Assembly (NCBI RefSeq): GCF_964188315.1
Contig: NC_135665.1
Coordinates: forward strand, 40,238,001-40,302,000
DNA length: 64,000 nt
Direction of reading: 5' to 3'
DNA from: Podarcis muralis
Lineage: Eukaryota
In this document: piece by piece, positions 36,935 through 50,268 of the stretch
Layout: every line of letters starts with the position of its first letter
Position numbering within the stretch: position 1 is the stretch's first letter
The notes under the pieces: model-generated
Seen by the model: only the letters and a program-made list of their open reading frames with translations
What the model was told of the DNA's origin: nothing
The model's database searches: none
Made by a program: the position numbers and the translations under genes

Positions 36935-37561
36935 TTTTATATGCCTGTTGTCTTTGTCCATGGAGTTTTCTTAGCAAGGATACTGGAGTGGCTTGCCGGT
37001 TCCTCCTCCACGAAATTAATAGACGCCTGCTTCTTGGGAGAAGGGCAATGACAGGCCTAGATAGCATCTTGAGAAGTAGAGACGTCACCTTGCCAACAAA
37101 GGTCCGTATAGTTAAAGCCATGGTTTTCCAAGTAGTGATGTATGGAAGTGAGAGCTGGACCATAAAGAAGGCTGATCGCCGAAGAATTGATGCTTTTGAA
37201 TTATGGTGCTGGAGAAGACTCTTGAGAGTCCCATGGACTGCAAGAAGATCAAACGCATCCATTCTTAAGGAAATCAGCCCTGAGTGCTCACTGGAAGGAC
37301 AGATCGTGAAGCTGAGGCTCCAGTACTTTGGCCACCTCATGAGAAGAGAAGACTCCCTGGAGAAGACACTGATGCTGGGAAAGATGGAGGGCACAAGGAG
37401 AAGGGGGCGACAGAGGACGAGATGGTTGGATAGTGTTTTCGAGGTTACCAGCATGAGTTTGACCAAACTGCGGGAGGTAGTGGAGGACAGAGGTGCCTGG
37501 CGTGCTCTGGTCCATGGGGTCACGAAGAGTCGGACACGACTAAACGACTAAACAACAACAA
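36935..37561 (+). mobile_element. BovB insertion: inverted 5' piece (36935-37010) joined to sense 3' end (37011-37561)
   Basis: Sense part encodes the BovB ORF C-terminus with the GACTAAACAACAAC tail; the whole unit is bounded by the 11-bp TSD ATTATTTTGAC (36924-34, 37562-72). Confidence 0.9.
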
Positions 37562-38631
37562 ATTATTTTGACCTGTGTTTTTGTGCATGTTTGCTTCATT
37601 CAACATTTTAGGGTTTTCACTGCCTTGGGCATATTACCATAAAGTTATATAAATGCAGTAAGTAAATCAATTAAAGTTCTAAGAATTTGTCCAAGTCCTA
37701 TGAAACCTCCCCTATGACTACCTTTGTGACAAAATAAGAAAAGAATGAGCCACTGTGGCTCAGAAGGCCAAATAATGAACATTGTCTGGGCTCAGCTTTC
37801 ACCTTAGCCCCAGACTCAGTGGCTAAAACTTGAGTATCACTCTCTTGTGCCTCAGTTTCTCTTCCACACACACACAAAAGAAATAGTAACATATTTTGCA
37901 GTTTGTTACAAGGAAATGCAAATTATAGATAATACAGAACGGTGCACCCAACACCTAAACAACCTGCATTTCAGAACTTTTTCCATCAATTGTGTTTTAT
38001 GGATTTCCAATTAATCCCCAGAGCTTTCTCTCAGCTCTTCTCTTAGGAGACCAAAGTGTTTCTCCAAAATTTCAAACTTCAACTCTTACCTCTTCTAATC
38101 ATTCCCAATAGGGTTCATTCACAGGCCCAAAATCTGACTGCAGATCTATCAAACGCACGACTCTTTTTTCTGAGGAAGAATCTACATAAAGGAACTGCCT
38201 GCTAAATGTCAACATGAACATCATTTAACACTCGGTGAACTCCTCAGGCCATCTCTGACTCAGAAACTAGGACATACAAGACACATTATTGATTCAAATC
38301 AAGGATGCAACCATGTATTAGGGCTTTGAAATACCTGTTATACCTCTGTGAAGTCCAGAGAAGAAGCTGAAATATCTCCAATAGGATTTAAACACACAGG
38401 GGTATCTAATTTGTTTTCACAGTGCTGTTGCACCAGCAGAGGCGTCTACTACCCACTCATGAAAAAGGAGATGGAAGTGTTTTTCCCATCTTCCCCATAC
38501 CCTGACAGCACCATGCCCAAGCACCACAGCAAATATGTTCCTCCCACAAACCAATCCCCCACTGCCAATCAAAACCCTTATGCTCATGCAAGGGTACCAA
38601 CTGGCTCTGACCCAACTGATATCACCTATTT

Positions 38632-38797
38632 GGCAGGGAAGAGCTGTAACTCAGCTGTCTATGCAGAAGATCTCAACTCTTAAGTTCAATCACCAGCATC
38701 TCCAGGTAGGACTGGGAGAGAACCCTGTCTAAAATCCTGTCATGCAGGCAATGCATAGCTAGACTGACTAATGGTCTGACTCAGTAAAAGGTAGCTT
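38632..38797 (+). mobile_element. Old tRNA-derived squamate SINE (Squam3-like)
   Basis: GGGAAGAGCTGTAACTCAG...GTTCAATCACCAGCATCTCCAGGTAGGACTGGG...TGGTCTGACTCAGTAAAAGG..TATGTTCC; family name from memory. Confidence 0.6.
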
Positions 38798-39689
38798 TGT
38801 ATGTTCCTACCTACATTTCCAACATGAATCCCAAACTTTGCTTTCAGAAACTCTTGCAGCCCAATCCAACACCATATGCAAATAGGACATTTGCAATACT
38901 GCTGTGGGGAATTGCATCACTAATGCAAAACTCCCATGTTAGGTCCTATTTTGTCTCACCTGGTACAGCAAAGAGAAACGAGGTGCGAACTGAAATAATG
39001 GCCATAGTTTGCACCAGAGTGGTGGTGAACAAGGGTACTATAAAACACCAGATGCAAGGTATTTCTTACACAACTTATTCAACCTTCTAAAAAAGATGAA
39101 AATCACAAATAGGGTGTGCCACACTTCAGAACCTTAAGTGAAATGTAAAAAAAAAGCCTGTGATTATTTTTGATTGCATAGTGTGTGTTTTTCCACACAG
39201 CTTCTGTACACAATATTACTTAAACACAGTTTATAAACTCTCCGCATCCTTTGTGCCTACTTAGCTGCCTGCTTACACAATCTAGGCTCCAAAGAATCTC
39301 TCAGGGTTTCTAAACAAGCCCTCTATATTCCAGGGTATTCTACCAACACCTCCCTTCAGTACTGAACATCTCAGGTCAATACTTCTAGGAATTTGGCATA
39401 AAAAAGAACAAGTCTTACTGCTCACCTGATGCTTGTAAATTCTTACCTTATGGGAGCAAAATGGCTGCCATATCCAAAACAGAAGAGACCTAGGTTGCAA
39501 ATCCCAGGTTTTCCCAGGACAGAGATTCTCTTTCAGATCATTTCAGCTTTTGATTAATATTATGAATGCATAAACAAATCAAAGACTGGCAGTGAATCAA
39601 AGGATTCTTATCCCAAAATAAATATGAACAGATCCGAGTCTTTTCCCCATCCCGTGCCATTTAAAATATTGTTAACAAACACATTTTAG

Positions 39690-40197
39690 TCTAGTTGGTT
39701 TAGTTCACTGTCTCATCAACTTTACCTGTTTGTGCACAATTTTAGGCATTATATTGCCGAGCTGGAACATGTGCAGAAGAGGACAACCAAGATGATAAAG
39801 AGTCTGGAAACCAAGCCTTGTGAAAAACAGTTGAGGGAGTTGGGTATGTTTGGTGTTGAGAAGACTGAAAGGTGATATGATGGGCATCTCCAGATATCTG
39901 AAGGGCCATCCCATGGAAGATGGAGAAATATGTTTTCTCCATTATTCTTAAATCCCATAACAATTGATTTAAATTACAAGAAAGGAGATTCCAATTAAAC
40001 CTTAGGAAGAACTTTCTGATAGCAAGAGCTGCATGCTAGGGGAATGGACTACCTCAAAAAGTGGTGGACTCTCCTTCAGTGGAGGTTTTTAGACAGAGGC
40101 CATCTCCCAGGGAGTCTTTAGTGCTCGCTTAGGGCACCATATTACCAAAGTCCACCCCTGCTTGGGATCCCTTCCAATTCTGCAGCTCTATGATGCC
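39690..40197 (+). mobile_element. CR1 LINE 3' end, degenerate
   Basis: ELEHVQKRTTKMIKSLETKPCEKQLRELGMF... then CCCTTCCAATTCTGCAGCTCTATGAT tail. Confidence 0.85.
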
Positions 40198-40732
40198 ATG
40201 AAAACAGGAGATTTGTCCATTTCCCGACCTAGTAAGCCTAAGGTATTATTTACGGACATTGTCTCACAAGATATGTAAGTCTTAGAACATGAAAGCATAT
40301 ACAAACAAGTATGAGACTCTATTAGTGCACAAAAATGTATGCTTGTGAAGGAAAATTTTGTCCATATGAATTCATCTTCATATACAGCAGCCCACAGCTT
40401 TGCTGTATAGAATAATATATCACATCTCATAATGGTTGCAGAAAATAGCATGGGGCTTTGCACAAAGCAGAACACTTCTAAAACTGTTCTGAATAGAAAG
40501 TACAGTATGGTTTATGGCTTTCACAACAAGAAAAAGATCAACATTTATATCAAACTCATAATTTAGATCAAACATGTAGCATAAAATGCCACCTAACATT
40601 TGGAACTCACTGTGAAAGATTTTACATGTTAGATCTACTGCAATTTGAAGGAATCTTTAAAATCAAGTGTTATTTATACTATTAAGTTGTTTAAAAGAAA
40701 TAATGGCATTAAGGACAGAAACGTTTTCTTAC

Positions 40733-40833
40733 TGTGAATTTGTTTTGCAGTTGTCACATAGAGAGAAATCCTGTCTCTTGGGATGACACATTCTGCTTGC
40801 TGATAGAGGCAGAACATGGATTCTTCTAGCCAT
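40733..40833 (-). CDS. MAST4: Candidate additional MAST4 alternative first exon (MARRIHVLPLSASRMCHPKRQDFSLCDNCKTNS + CA, phase 2)
   Basis: Strong Kozak AAGATGG, 33 open codons, donor CA|GTAAGA at 40732 in the same phase as the other MAST4 N-terminal exons. Peptide not recognised. Confidence 0.5.
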
Positions 40834-42381
40834 CTTATCAGAGGGAGGATTTACCCCACCCTCCAGACCAACTGCCAAAGGAAGGAAAACTCCTCAAACC
40901 TCATCAATGATTTCAGACATCCATGGAAAGAAAACCACAATACAGGCCACTGAGCCACCCGATTAAAATTAAACTTGGTGAGAAATGAAACATGGGGGGG
41001 GGGGAGAGCGCGGAGAGAGATACAGTGCAGAACCAACAGCAGAAAGGAGTCACTGATCAGGACACTCTAACACCAAGCATGCAAAGTGCACACAGAAAGC
41101 ACTAACATAATACGATCATGCTAATTCCATAAAAGAAGGGCAAGTAGAAAGCATTTCATGAGATAACTGGAAACAGAAAATAATGGTAAGAAAATTTCCA
41201 TTCCACCCCACCCCCACGCCATGTTGTATCGAGAGCATTTCTGTCTCTTGGAATGTATTAGAGTCATAGGATCCAAGGTGGGTGTCTGGGATCAAGCAGC
41301 CCTTCTGCAGAACCTTCAATTTTATCATGTTTGGCAAAAATATGCAGGAAACCCAAGTGGCTGCCCAACAGATATCCACAATGGTGAATTTTTACTTAAA
41401 GGCAGCTGCTGAAGAAGACTACTTTCACCCCAAGAGAATGGGTGGGCTAATCCTGCCTCCTGCCCCAGTGGCATTTCCCCCAATGTTTGTAAATCAGTTT
41501 ATTTCTTGCAAAATACTTAGGGGTTTTGTTATGAACAAGTGGTATGGAAATTTTATTAAAAATAAATAAATTCTATGTACCCTTAAATGGAGACCTCCTT
41601 AAAATCATAAAGAGATACGAGACAGAGCCACTTTCTTCCCTAAGGAAAAGAGATGGAAAGACGCCCTCCCCTTCCCTAAATTCAGCAGTTCCATCCAAAG
41701 AGAAGCAGAGAACACCACAGACATCTAGCATGTTGCATACCCTTTTACTGGACTTGCAGTGGGTTTGGAGAAAATGTGGGCAGAAGAACCTCCTGTGACC
41801 TGTGAAATACTGAATTAATCTTAGGAACAAAAGATGGATCTGAGCACCACTACTTCCTGATGCAAAATATGTAACAGGGGATCGCAGGAGTTTGGAGACC
41901 CTTCACATAGATTTAACAGCCAGCATGAATACCAATTTTAAAGTCAGGAACTTGAGGGCACATGTGGCCATAGGCCTGAAAGGCCATGGATGCTTTTAGC
42001 ACCCAGTTCAGATTCCATTTAGGGAACTGTGAACCATGGGTAGTTTCTGCTGCCCCATCCCCTTGAGGAAGTGCTAAAATAGTGGGGTAGCAGAACAGTG
42101 CATTCCTTCCAATGGTGTCAAAAATGCTGCGGTGATTTTGGTCATCCCCTATTGTTAATACAACTGAAAGAGTAGAATTTACTACTCTGTGGATACCACA
42201 ATGGTTCCAACTGAAGGAGGAAATTTTCTTGTTGTAGGTGGGAGAGGAAAGAGGGGGGGAGGGGAAGTTTGGAGTTTGTTCACCATTCAGCTGTTAAACT
42301 ATTGAAAGTTGTCAACAATTGCCTTTTAGATATAATGTTTTCCATGCGTTCCTATAACGTACTAATCATCCTGGAGCAAGT

Positions 42382-45144
42382 ATGGATAATTTAAAAATAA
42401 TCACATGGAATGTTAATGGACTGGGGTCACCCATAAAAAGGAGACGGGTTTGGAAGGGATTAAGAAAAGGGAGAGCGGACTTGATTCTGGTCCAGGAGAC
42501 TGACCAGAGGAGGAGGGGGACTACAATGAGTACGTCTCCCCTCCCCTCCTCTGAGGGACAGTGGTTTGCCTCTCAAGAAACATCTAAGGCTCGTGGGATA
42601 GCAACATGGGTTGCGGATAAATCAGAATTTAAACCTGAACAAACCCTTAGTAATCCTGATGGATGTTACTTGTTTATCAGGGGCACATTGCAGGACCAAT
42701 GGCTGACTATAGGTAATCTTTATGCACCAAACAACCAACAGGAAGAATTTTTGGAAAAACCTTGATGGAGCTAGAAAATTTTTAAAATAGGTCAAACAAT
42801 CCTGGGGGGGGGGGGGAGTTTAATTTAGTCCTAAATGAACATTTTGACAGAAATTGTTCAAGTCAGGGGGAAAAAAGGTCAACAGAGACTCCCCATCAAC
42901 AAAAACCCCTCTGCATAGAGGGGAAGTCTCTGACTATGGTTATTGCTGAACTGCTGAGAGAAGGATACCCAAGGAACCCAGTATGGAGACTTGACCCATG
43001 GCTACTGCAAGATCAGCTGGTTCTCAAACGGTTGCAAAAAGAGATACCAGAATTTTTTAAGATCAATGATACAGGATTATATAACCCATCTTTAATTTGG
43101 GATACAGTGATTAGAGGAACATTAATCAGTGAGAGGAGTAGAATAAAAAAAAGGAAATCAAATATTCATCTCCAATTAGAAAAAAATAAAAGAATTAGAA
43201 GAAAAACATAAAATAACATGCAGTAACAGAGTGTATCTCAAATTAATTTGGAAAAGGAAAGAATTAGACATGTTAGAAATACCAAAAATAATAACATCCC
43301 TTCAATATTTAAATCAACAATACTACGAATTTAATAAACCAACTAAAGTAACGTAAATTAAACAGAACAATCCACTCAATAAAAACAGGCAAAGGCGAAA
43401 TAACACATGATAAACTTAAAATTAACCAAGCCTTTCATGCATTCTATAAGACCTTAGACACTTCTGGAACACCATCGCTAAATGCCATTCAGGAATTTCT
43501 GACCACAGTTAACATTCCAAAATTAACAGAAGAGCATGCAACTTACTTAAATCAAACCTTCTCACTTGAGGAAATATTAGGTAAAGGTAAAGGTACCCCT
43601 GCCCGTACGGGCCAGTCTTGCCAGACTCTAGGGTTGTGGGCTCATCTCACTCTAGAGGCCGGGAGGCAGCGCTGTCTGCAGACACTTCCGGGTCACGTGG
43701 CCAGCGTGATGAAGCTGCTCTGGCGAGCCAGAGCAGCACACGGAAACGCCGTTTACCTTCCCGCTAGTAAGCGGTCCCTATTTATCTACTTGCACCCGAG
43801 GGTGCTTTCGAACTGCTAGGTTGGCAGGCGCTGGGACCGAGCAACGGGAGCGCACCCCGCCGCGGGGATTCGAACCGCGATCGGCAAGTCCTAGGCGCTG
43901 AGGTTTTACCCACAGCGCCACCCGCGTCCCTATCAAGGAAATATTAGCTAGTATAAAAAAGACAAAATCATTTAAGGCACCTGAACCAGATGGGTTTACT
44001 GGCTATTTTTATAAAACCTTTTCTGAACTTGTGGCCCCATTTTTGCTGGAATTATTTAGAGATATAAAGGATCATGGCCTGATACCTGGAACTTGGAAAA
44101 ACACACACATCGTAGTGCTACCAAAACCAAATAAAGACCTGGAGTCAGTTGAGTCCTATAGGCCTAACTCATTAATAAATGTTGATTTAAAATTACTTAC
44201 AAACATTATTACACACAGGTTGGCGACGATTGTAACGAATTACCGTATATACATTTGGATCAGACAGGTTTTATTAGGCAAAGGTCAATAACTACCCCAG
44301 TTAGGAGGATCCTCAATGCAATATACTGGGGATCAAACCAACCGGCACCGACAGCCATCCTTATGTTGGATGCAATGAAGGCATTTGACCATCTTGAATG
44401 GAATTTTCTTTTTGAAACCTTGCGAGGTTTTGGCATGGGAGCCCCATTTATTGCACTGCTGACTACCTTATATCAGGATTGCACCACAAATATTTTGATA
44501 AGTGGTATACACTCAGAGCCTATATTGATGGGCCAGGGCACGAAGCAGGGCTGCCCATTGTCGCTCCTGCTTTTTGCCCTGGCCATGGAACCCTTGGCTC
44601 TAGCACTTAGGGGAGACCCTAGGTGTCTGGAATACAAATTAATGGGCAGAGTAGTCTGGTCTCGCCCTGGAACAAGCCTCCCGGCTGTAATGAAAATTCC
44701 TGTTGCTTACAGAAAGGTCTCTGGTTTTTGTGTTAACTATAGCAAATCAGACCTGCTATGCATTCATATGCCACCTGAAGTATAACGACAACTTCAGCGC
44801 TCCACTGGAATAAAACTTTGTCAGAAATATTTTAAATATTTAGGAGTTATTATCCCCAGGAACCTTCAAAATTTGGAAAAGCTTAATTTTGGTCCAATGA
44901 TCCGAGAGATGAGACAAAAATTGAAAACTTGGAGCAAGGGTTCACTGTCATGGTTGGGCCGAATCGTCACTATAAAAATGATGGTGCTGCTGCACCTCCT
45001 CTATCTCTTTGGAGTCTTACCAATAGCTACCAGAAGACAAAAAAATTACAAAATTGGCAAAACATGCTTCTAAAATTTATACACCAGAATAAAAGGCCAA
45101 GGTTACCATATCAGTATATCAACCAGCTAAAGGAGCAGCCCATC
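42382..45144 (+). mobile_element. Degenerate L1-clade LINE ORF2 (endonuclease + RT)
   Basis: KIITWNVNGLGSPIKRR..LVQET (APE domain); YRPNSLINVDLKLL, QTGF, LDAMKAFD, QGCPLS RT motifs; many stops and frameshifts; YADD region appears deleted; split by a Sauria SINE. Confidence 0.9.
43581..43930 (-). mobile_element. Sauria SINE inserted in L1
   Basis: tRNA-like head (GGGACGCGGGTGGCGCTGTGG...GGTTCGAATCCCC), (ACCTTT)n tail; 12-bp duplication AGGAAATATTAG (43569-80, 43936-47). Confidence 0.95.
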
Positions 45145-45146
45145 TA

Positions 45147-45330
45147 CCGTATTTTTCGCTCCATAAGGCGCACCAGACTATAAGGCGCACCTAGTTTTTA
45201 GAGGGGGAAATCAAGAAAAAAAATATTATCCCCAGCCCCAAAGAGCAAAGAAGCCAAGACAGCGTCTTGGCTTCCTCTTTAGCCACGCGCAACCTCTCCC
45301 GGCTGGAGGGGCTGCGCACAGCTATGGCTG
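45147..45330. mobile_element. Left end of a Tc1/mariner-type MITE
   Basis: TA|CCGTATTTTTCGCTCCATAAGGCGCAC terminus with duplicated ATAAGGCGCAC; right TIR not found. Confidence 0.6.
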
Positions 45331-48300
45331 TATTTGATTGCTTGTATTTGATTATATGTTGTTCTTATATTCAACTAATAAAATATTCACACACAAAAAA
45401 GTTTGCAGCAGTACAAACAATAATCATTTTTTTAAAAGGAGTGGGGTGCAAAGAAGAGATAGGGCTCCAAAGACAGCCCAAGTGAACACTGAACATGCTC
45501 AGTGGGCATGGAATGCTGACTGTCTGAAGTCAATAACATTGGGGGGGGACCCACATCAGGAACAATAAAGTTATTCTTTCCTTAACTCTGAAAAAAAATG
45601 CTTCTCCAGAACGTGTCCTGACACTTAAAGGTATAAGTGTATTGCAAAACTAGGAGAGGGACCTATACAAGAACAGATATTCCCTGAGATAATAATAGTC
45701 AAATGGTTTAAAAGTCAAAACCAGCAACATGAATTGGGTCCAGAAACAACAGCCTGATGATGATCCACCACCCACCCACCCCGCCTCCGAAGATAGCAAT
45801 ACATCAGAAATGTCTTGTCCCAAGTAAACTAATACTCTGGGTACTCTGAACACCTGCTATCTAAGTCCAGTCTATCACATTTCCTCTTAAAATTGACTTC
45901 TTTGAGACAATATACAGAGGAGAATAAACTTAAGTTCTAGTTACTAAAGATGTAAAAAATCAAAGTAATCTAGAACTACCTGCATATGGTAGGTCTGATG
46001 TCAAATGGACACCAAATACGTTTAAAATATTCATGGAAAAGGCTCAAGAAGAAATTTAGTTTTCCATTTTGCTAGAAGCACTTCATTCTTATTTGTACAT
46101 AGAAATTTCAGGTGATGTCATTTACTGAAATGCTTTAGAGTACATTCTGTTTTATTCTCTAGTGTAATGTCAGATTCAGCAAGTTTGCAATCAAAGTTTT
46201 TAGTCCCTGGCAGCCAGCTAGAATTGAATGTTGGCAGGCTCTCAATTGACAGGCTCCTACTGAGGTGCCATTGAACCATTAAAGAATAGTGCTGAAATGA
46301 AGCTGCTGGGATCTGATTATTTTTAAAGGAATGGCAAATGCTTAAAAAGATCCATGTGGTTTCAAGTTAGACTTTTAACTTTTCAATGAGACAACTAACG
46401 TCAACTTTGAAGGCAATGAAAGAACCTATATTTAAATAATGTGAGATAGGACTGTGTGAAATTTCCAGTTATATTCACAGCTAAACTTATGGCTTTCAAA
46501 CAAGCATAAAAGAACAGGAAATCCAAGAAAAGAGTAAGAAATACACAATGCATACCTAAAGACATTTTAACCTTACTCACAAGGCTGACTCACTAACTCA
46601 TAGGGTATCAAAGTTGTTAGTGCAAAGTTCTACATGAACCAGAAATCTGAAATTTTGCACACGTGTCATCCAAGACAATAAAAATGTGTCACATTACACT
46701 ATGAGGAGATATACTGCAAATGTTTAAGGTAAAGAAACATTATCTAGAAATTGGAATTCCAGCACAGAGGAAGCCAAGCCAGGAGTAGGTTCAAAGGCTC
46801 AAACCGCTTGGCTTTGCTTACTAGTCAAACCAACCATTTATGGTTTCCATGGACCAGTATCTTCTCTCACCTTAACTCTTATCCAGGTTGCTCCAGAATC
46901 AGGCTTGAAAGCAATTATGTGTAACCATAATAGAGGCATTAGAGCAGCACAGGCCAATTATTTAGAAGGCAACGGATGTTTCTGCTCAATAGTTGTCAAA
47001 AGGCTGCAACAGTAATTATTGTAAATTTAGTAGCTTAAACTAACTTGCTTCTATCAGTGTTTGAGAAGAAGTTAGGGAGGAGCAGAAGCACAAATCAGAA
47101 GGAAGCTGTGAATGGAGATGAAAAAGCTAGTCAATATCTGTTAGCCCTAACAGGAACTATCATTGTTGAATGATGTCAAAGCTTTTTGCCCTGGGTTTTA
47201 ACCTTTTCCATGTTTAGGGCTGCCTCTACATTCAATTATTTCATTTGCCTTACAGATTTATACAAAAATAACATAAAGACATTTCCCTCAAAACTGCTTC
47301 AGTCCTTAATACTAGATATTACCAAAGTCTTTCAGCAGCAATTTAAAAAAAAATGAAGACAGATAAACAAGAAGTTTTAACTATGGTAACATTTGCAAAT
47401 GCTTGTATACACAAAAAGTATATTGCTTTTAAATCTACACTCTCAAAGAGCTCCAAAGGGTTGATGAGTCTGACCTTCCCTTTGCGGAAGTCATGATGCT
47501 TCAGGCAAGGCTTGTTCCTCTACAGATCTTATAATTCCAATGTTAGTAACACTGAATATTCCTATCCACAAAATGCTCCTCCTACATCCCTACATTTCTT
47601 TACATTTTAAACTCTGCACCCCACTTTTCTACCACAAACAATCCAAACCATAAAAGGTGATTAATCAAAACAATGAAAATAGTACATAAAAATACAACAG
47701 AATATGGAAATAACATAGGAAGAGAACTCCCTTTGCTACAACCTCCTACAAATCACATAGATGTGTAATGCATGTTACCAACTAACTAGTTAGTGAGAGG
47801 GAACCCTGAATTACCGAAGCCTCAGATACTGGGGTTCTCTCATATAATTAAGATAGCCAGAAGTGAGAAGGATGATGACAGGAGAGTGTTATTTCAACTA
47901 TAGCACCCCATCAGTTGAACATCTCCACAGAAAAGCTCACCTGGTGCCTAACATGTCATATTGTCAATGCTAGGTCCTACAGATTTTTGCTCTCCTGCAC
48001 CCTGCCAATCTTCTGAATTTTCTTTACAGTGTTTTAGTTTTATAATTATGGGTGCAGTTTTACCTGTTTGATTTAACCATACAGGAACTTGTGCTTATAT
48101 AAAATCCATGTACAACAGATGAGAATTATGAGCTGGATCTTGGAAAGGTCAAGGGTACATAAATATTTGTTCCTTGCAAAAAATAATAATTCTGCACATA
48201 GTAAAGCACGTTTTATTATACCAAATTCAGTTTACCTATGACGTGTAATCGCATTCATCATGAAAACAATTAAACCCACTTAAAATGTTCTTTGATTTAG

Positions 48301-49800
48301 GGCAATTTCTTCTCTATCATTTTCTCCTATCTAAATCTCCACAGGCTCTTGCTCCATTGTTCCCTATTTCTGAGCCAAAGAATGAAAAGACTAACATTTA
48401 AAAAATGCAGGATCAACAGGTCAGGGCATAGGACAAGACAAAAACTATATGAAGAGAAGCAGTCTACCAGATATACAAAGAGACTGAAAAAAACATCACT
48501 GAAGCAACACATAAAATAAGATTGGCAGGTGGTCCGCTTTATTTCTTTCTGACTTCTTCCTGCTTGCTGTTTCCGCCCAATTTTGTCAGGTTCATCTATT
48601 GGGTCTTGTTAGTGATTGCTAGAGACCTTTTACCTGCAGGGTATTCTTTTCTTTTAATAATGATACGCTTCTCCAGGAACACATATGCTGCACAAAGGAA
48701 GAGGTGAAGTGAGAAATATAGAATGTGCACTAAAAATCCACTGTGTTCTTTCTTTGGCTTCTCAGCTGCCCTTTTCAGGTTGATAGGAATTTCTGACATG
48801 TTGATTTGCATTCCCTAGATCATATCCTGTTACTCTAAAGAACAATTTATTTCCAGACAATAGTGCTCAAAAGCAGGCACAATTTTTGTCACATTGTGTT
48901 TCATGCTAAGAGGTAGTACTGCTATTGCAGCAATAAATATTCCCATTATTCATTCAGGTGTCCACATAATCCACAACCAAAAAATGCTGCAATAGAAACA
49001 ACCAGGGCAGGCTCCATCTCCAAACAAGCGCCTGCTGGAAGCAGCAAATTAGGAATGTCAAAATTAGGAATGAGAGGGTCAAGCATGTATAGGACTTGTC
49101 AGCACACCAGTCTCCTAAGAGAAGAACTGTGTGCCAAAGGAACACAGAGAGAGTAGGTAAGCAGAGGATGGGGAGGATGGCTGAGGGGCTTCTTAATCAC
49201 ACACCAAACAGAATTCACATTCTTCCTTTTTTCTCCTTCACTAATACTGTAGCAGGAAGGTCATCTGGTACAGAAGCTCTCTTCTGGTATTTCTGATGCT
49301 ACATTTTAGCATTACATGATTGAAAGGAGCTCTGCAATATGATGTTGATACTGACAGAATCAACAAAGCTTTTTAAGTGACAAAGGTCCCTTCCAGTCTG
49401 GTAATCCTATTCTGTCGTCCTCTCCAAAGACTTCTGCATTCACTACTACTACATTGCCACCCTCTTTCATTCTCTTCTCCTTTAACTGACCACTCTCCTC
49501 AGTTTGTGTCCTACTCAGGCTTTATCCCTATTTTATGCTCCCCATCCTCCATCCTTCCACTCGCTGGGGCATGATTTCAAGTTTATTTTCCCCTACTTCC
49601 TCTCAAAATCCAATCAAGGACTTTGCATAAGAAGCTCGCTGAAAGTGAAACTGATGTTATCTTTTACTATTCCCAACGTATTACAAATTAAAAGTGCTTG
49701 CCAAAGGGCTGGCCTCATCTCGTTAAAGACTAAGAGTAGTGAAGCTTCTGTGCAAAATTGAATGGACTTAAGAACAGTCAATCAACTGTAAGAGATGTTA

Positions 49801-50126
49801 GGTAAAGGTAAAGGGACCCCATTAGGTCCCTTTAGGTCTAGTCGCGGACGACTCTGAGGTTGTGGCTCTCATCTCACTTTATTGGCCAAGGGAGCTGGCA
49901 TACAGCTTCCGGGTGACTAAGCCGCTACTGGCGAACCAGAGCAGTGCATGGAAACGCCGTTTACCTTCCCGCCGGAGCAGTACCTATTCATCTACTTGCA
50001 CTTTGACATGCTTTCGAACTGCTAGGTTGGCAGGAGCAGGGACCGAGCAACGGGAGCTCACCCTGACCTTCTGATTGGCAAGCCCTAGGCTCTGTGGTTT
50101 GGACCACAACGCCACCCGTGTCCCAC
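49801..50126 (-). mobile_element. Sauria SINE (second subfamily, with small internal deletions)
   Basis: 13-bp TSD GTAAGAGATGTTA (49788-800, 50127-39). Confidence 0.95.
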
Positions 50127-50268
50127 GTAAGAGATGTTACTGGCTGCCTAATCTCTAAAAGAAAAGGCAAATTCTATGTTACATAGCTGATGATTCTGAA
50201 AACAATACTTGCTGCTTTTGCTACTTCCTTACTATTTGTAAAGCAAGCAGTACAGTTACATGCAGGTA

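Noticed and set aside
38090-38220. Minus-strand exon candidate with AG|GTAAGA donor (MMFMLTFSRQ...YWE*)
   Set aside because: In-frame TGA nine nt before the donor, and no phase-2 open frame; cannot be a coding MAST4 start.
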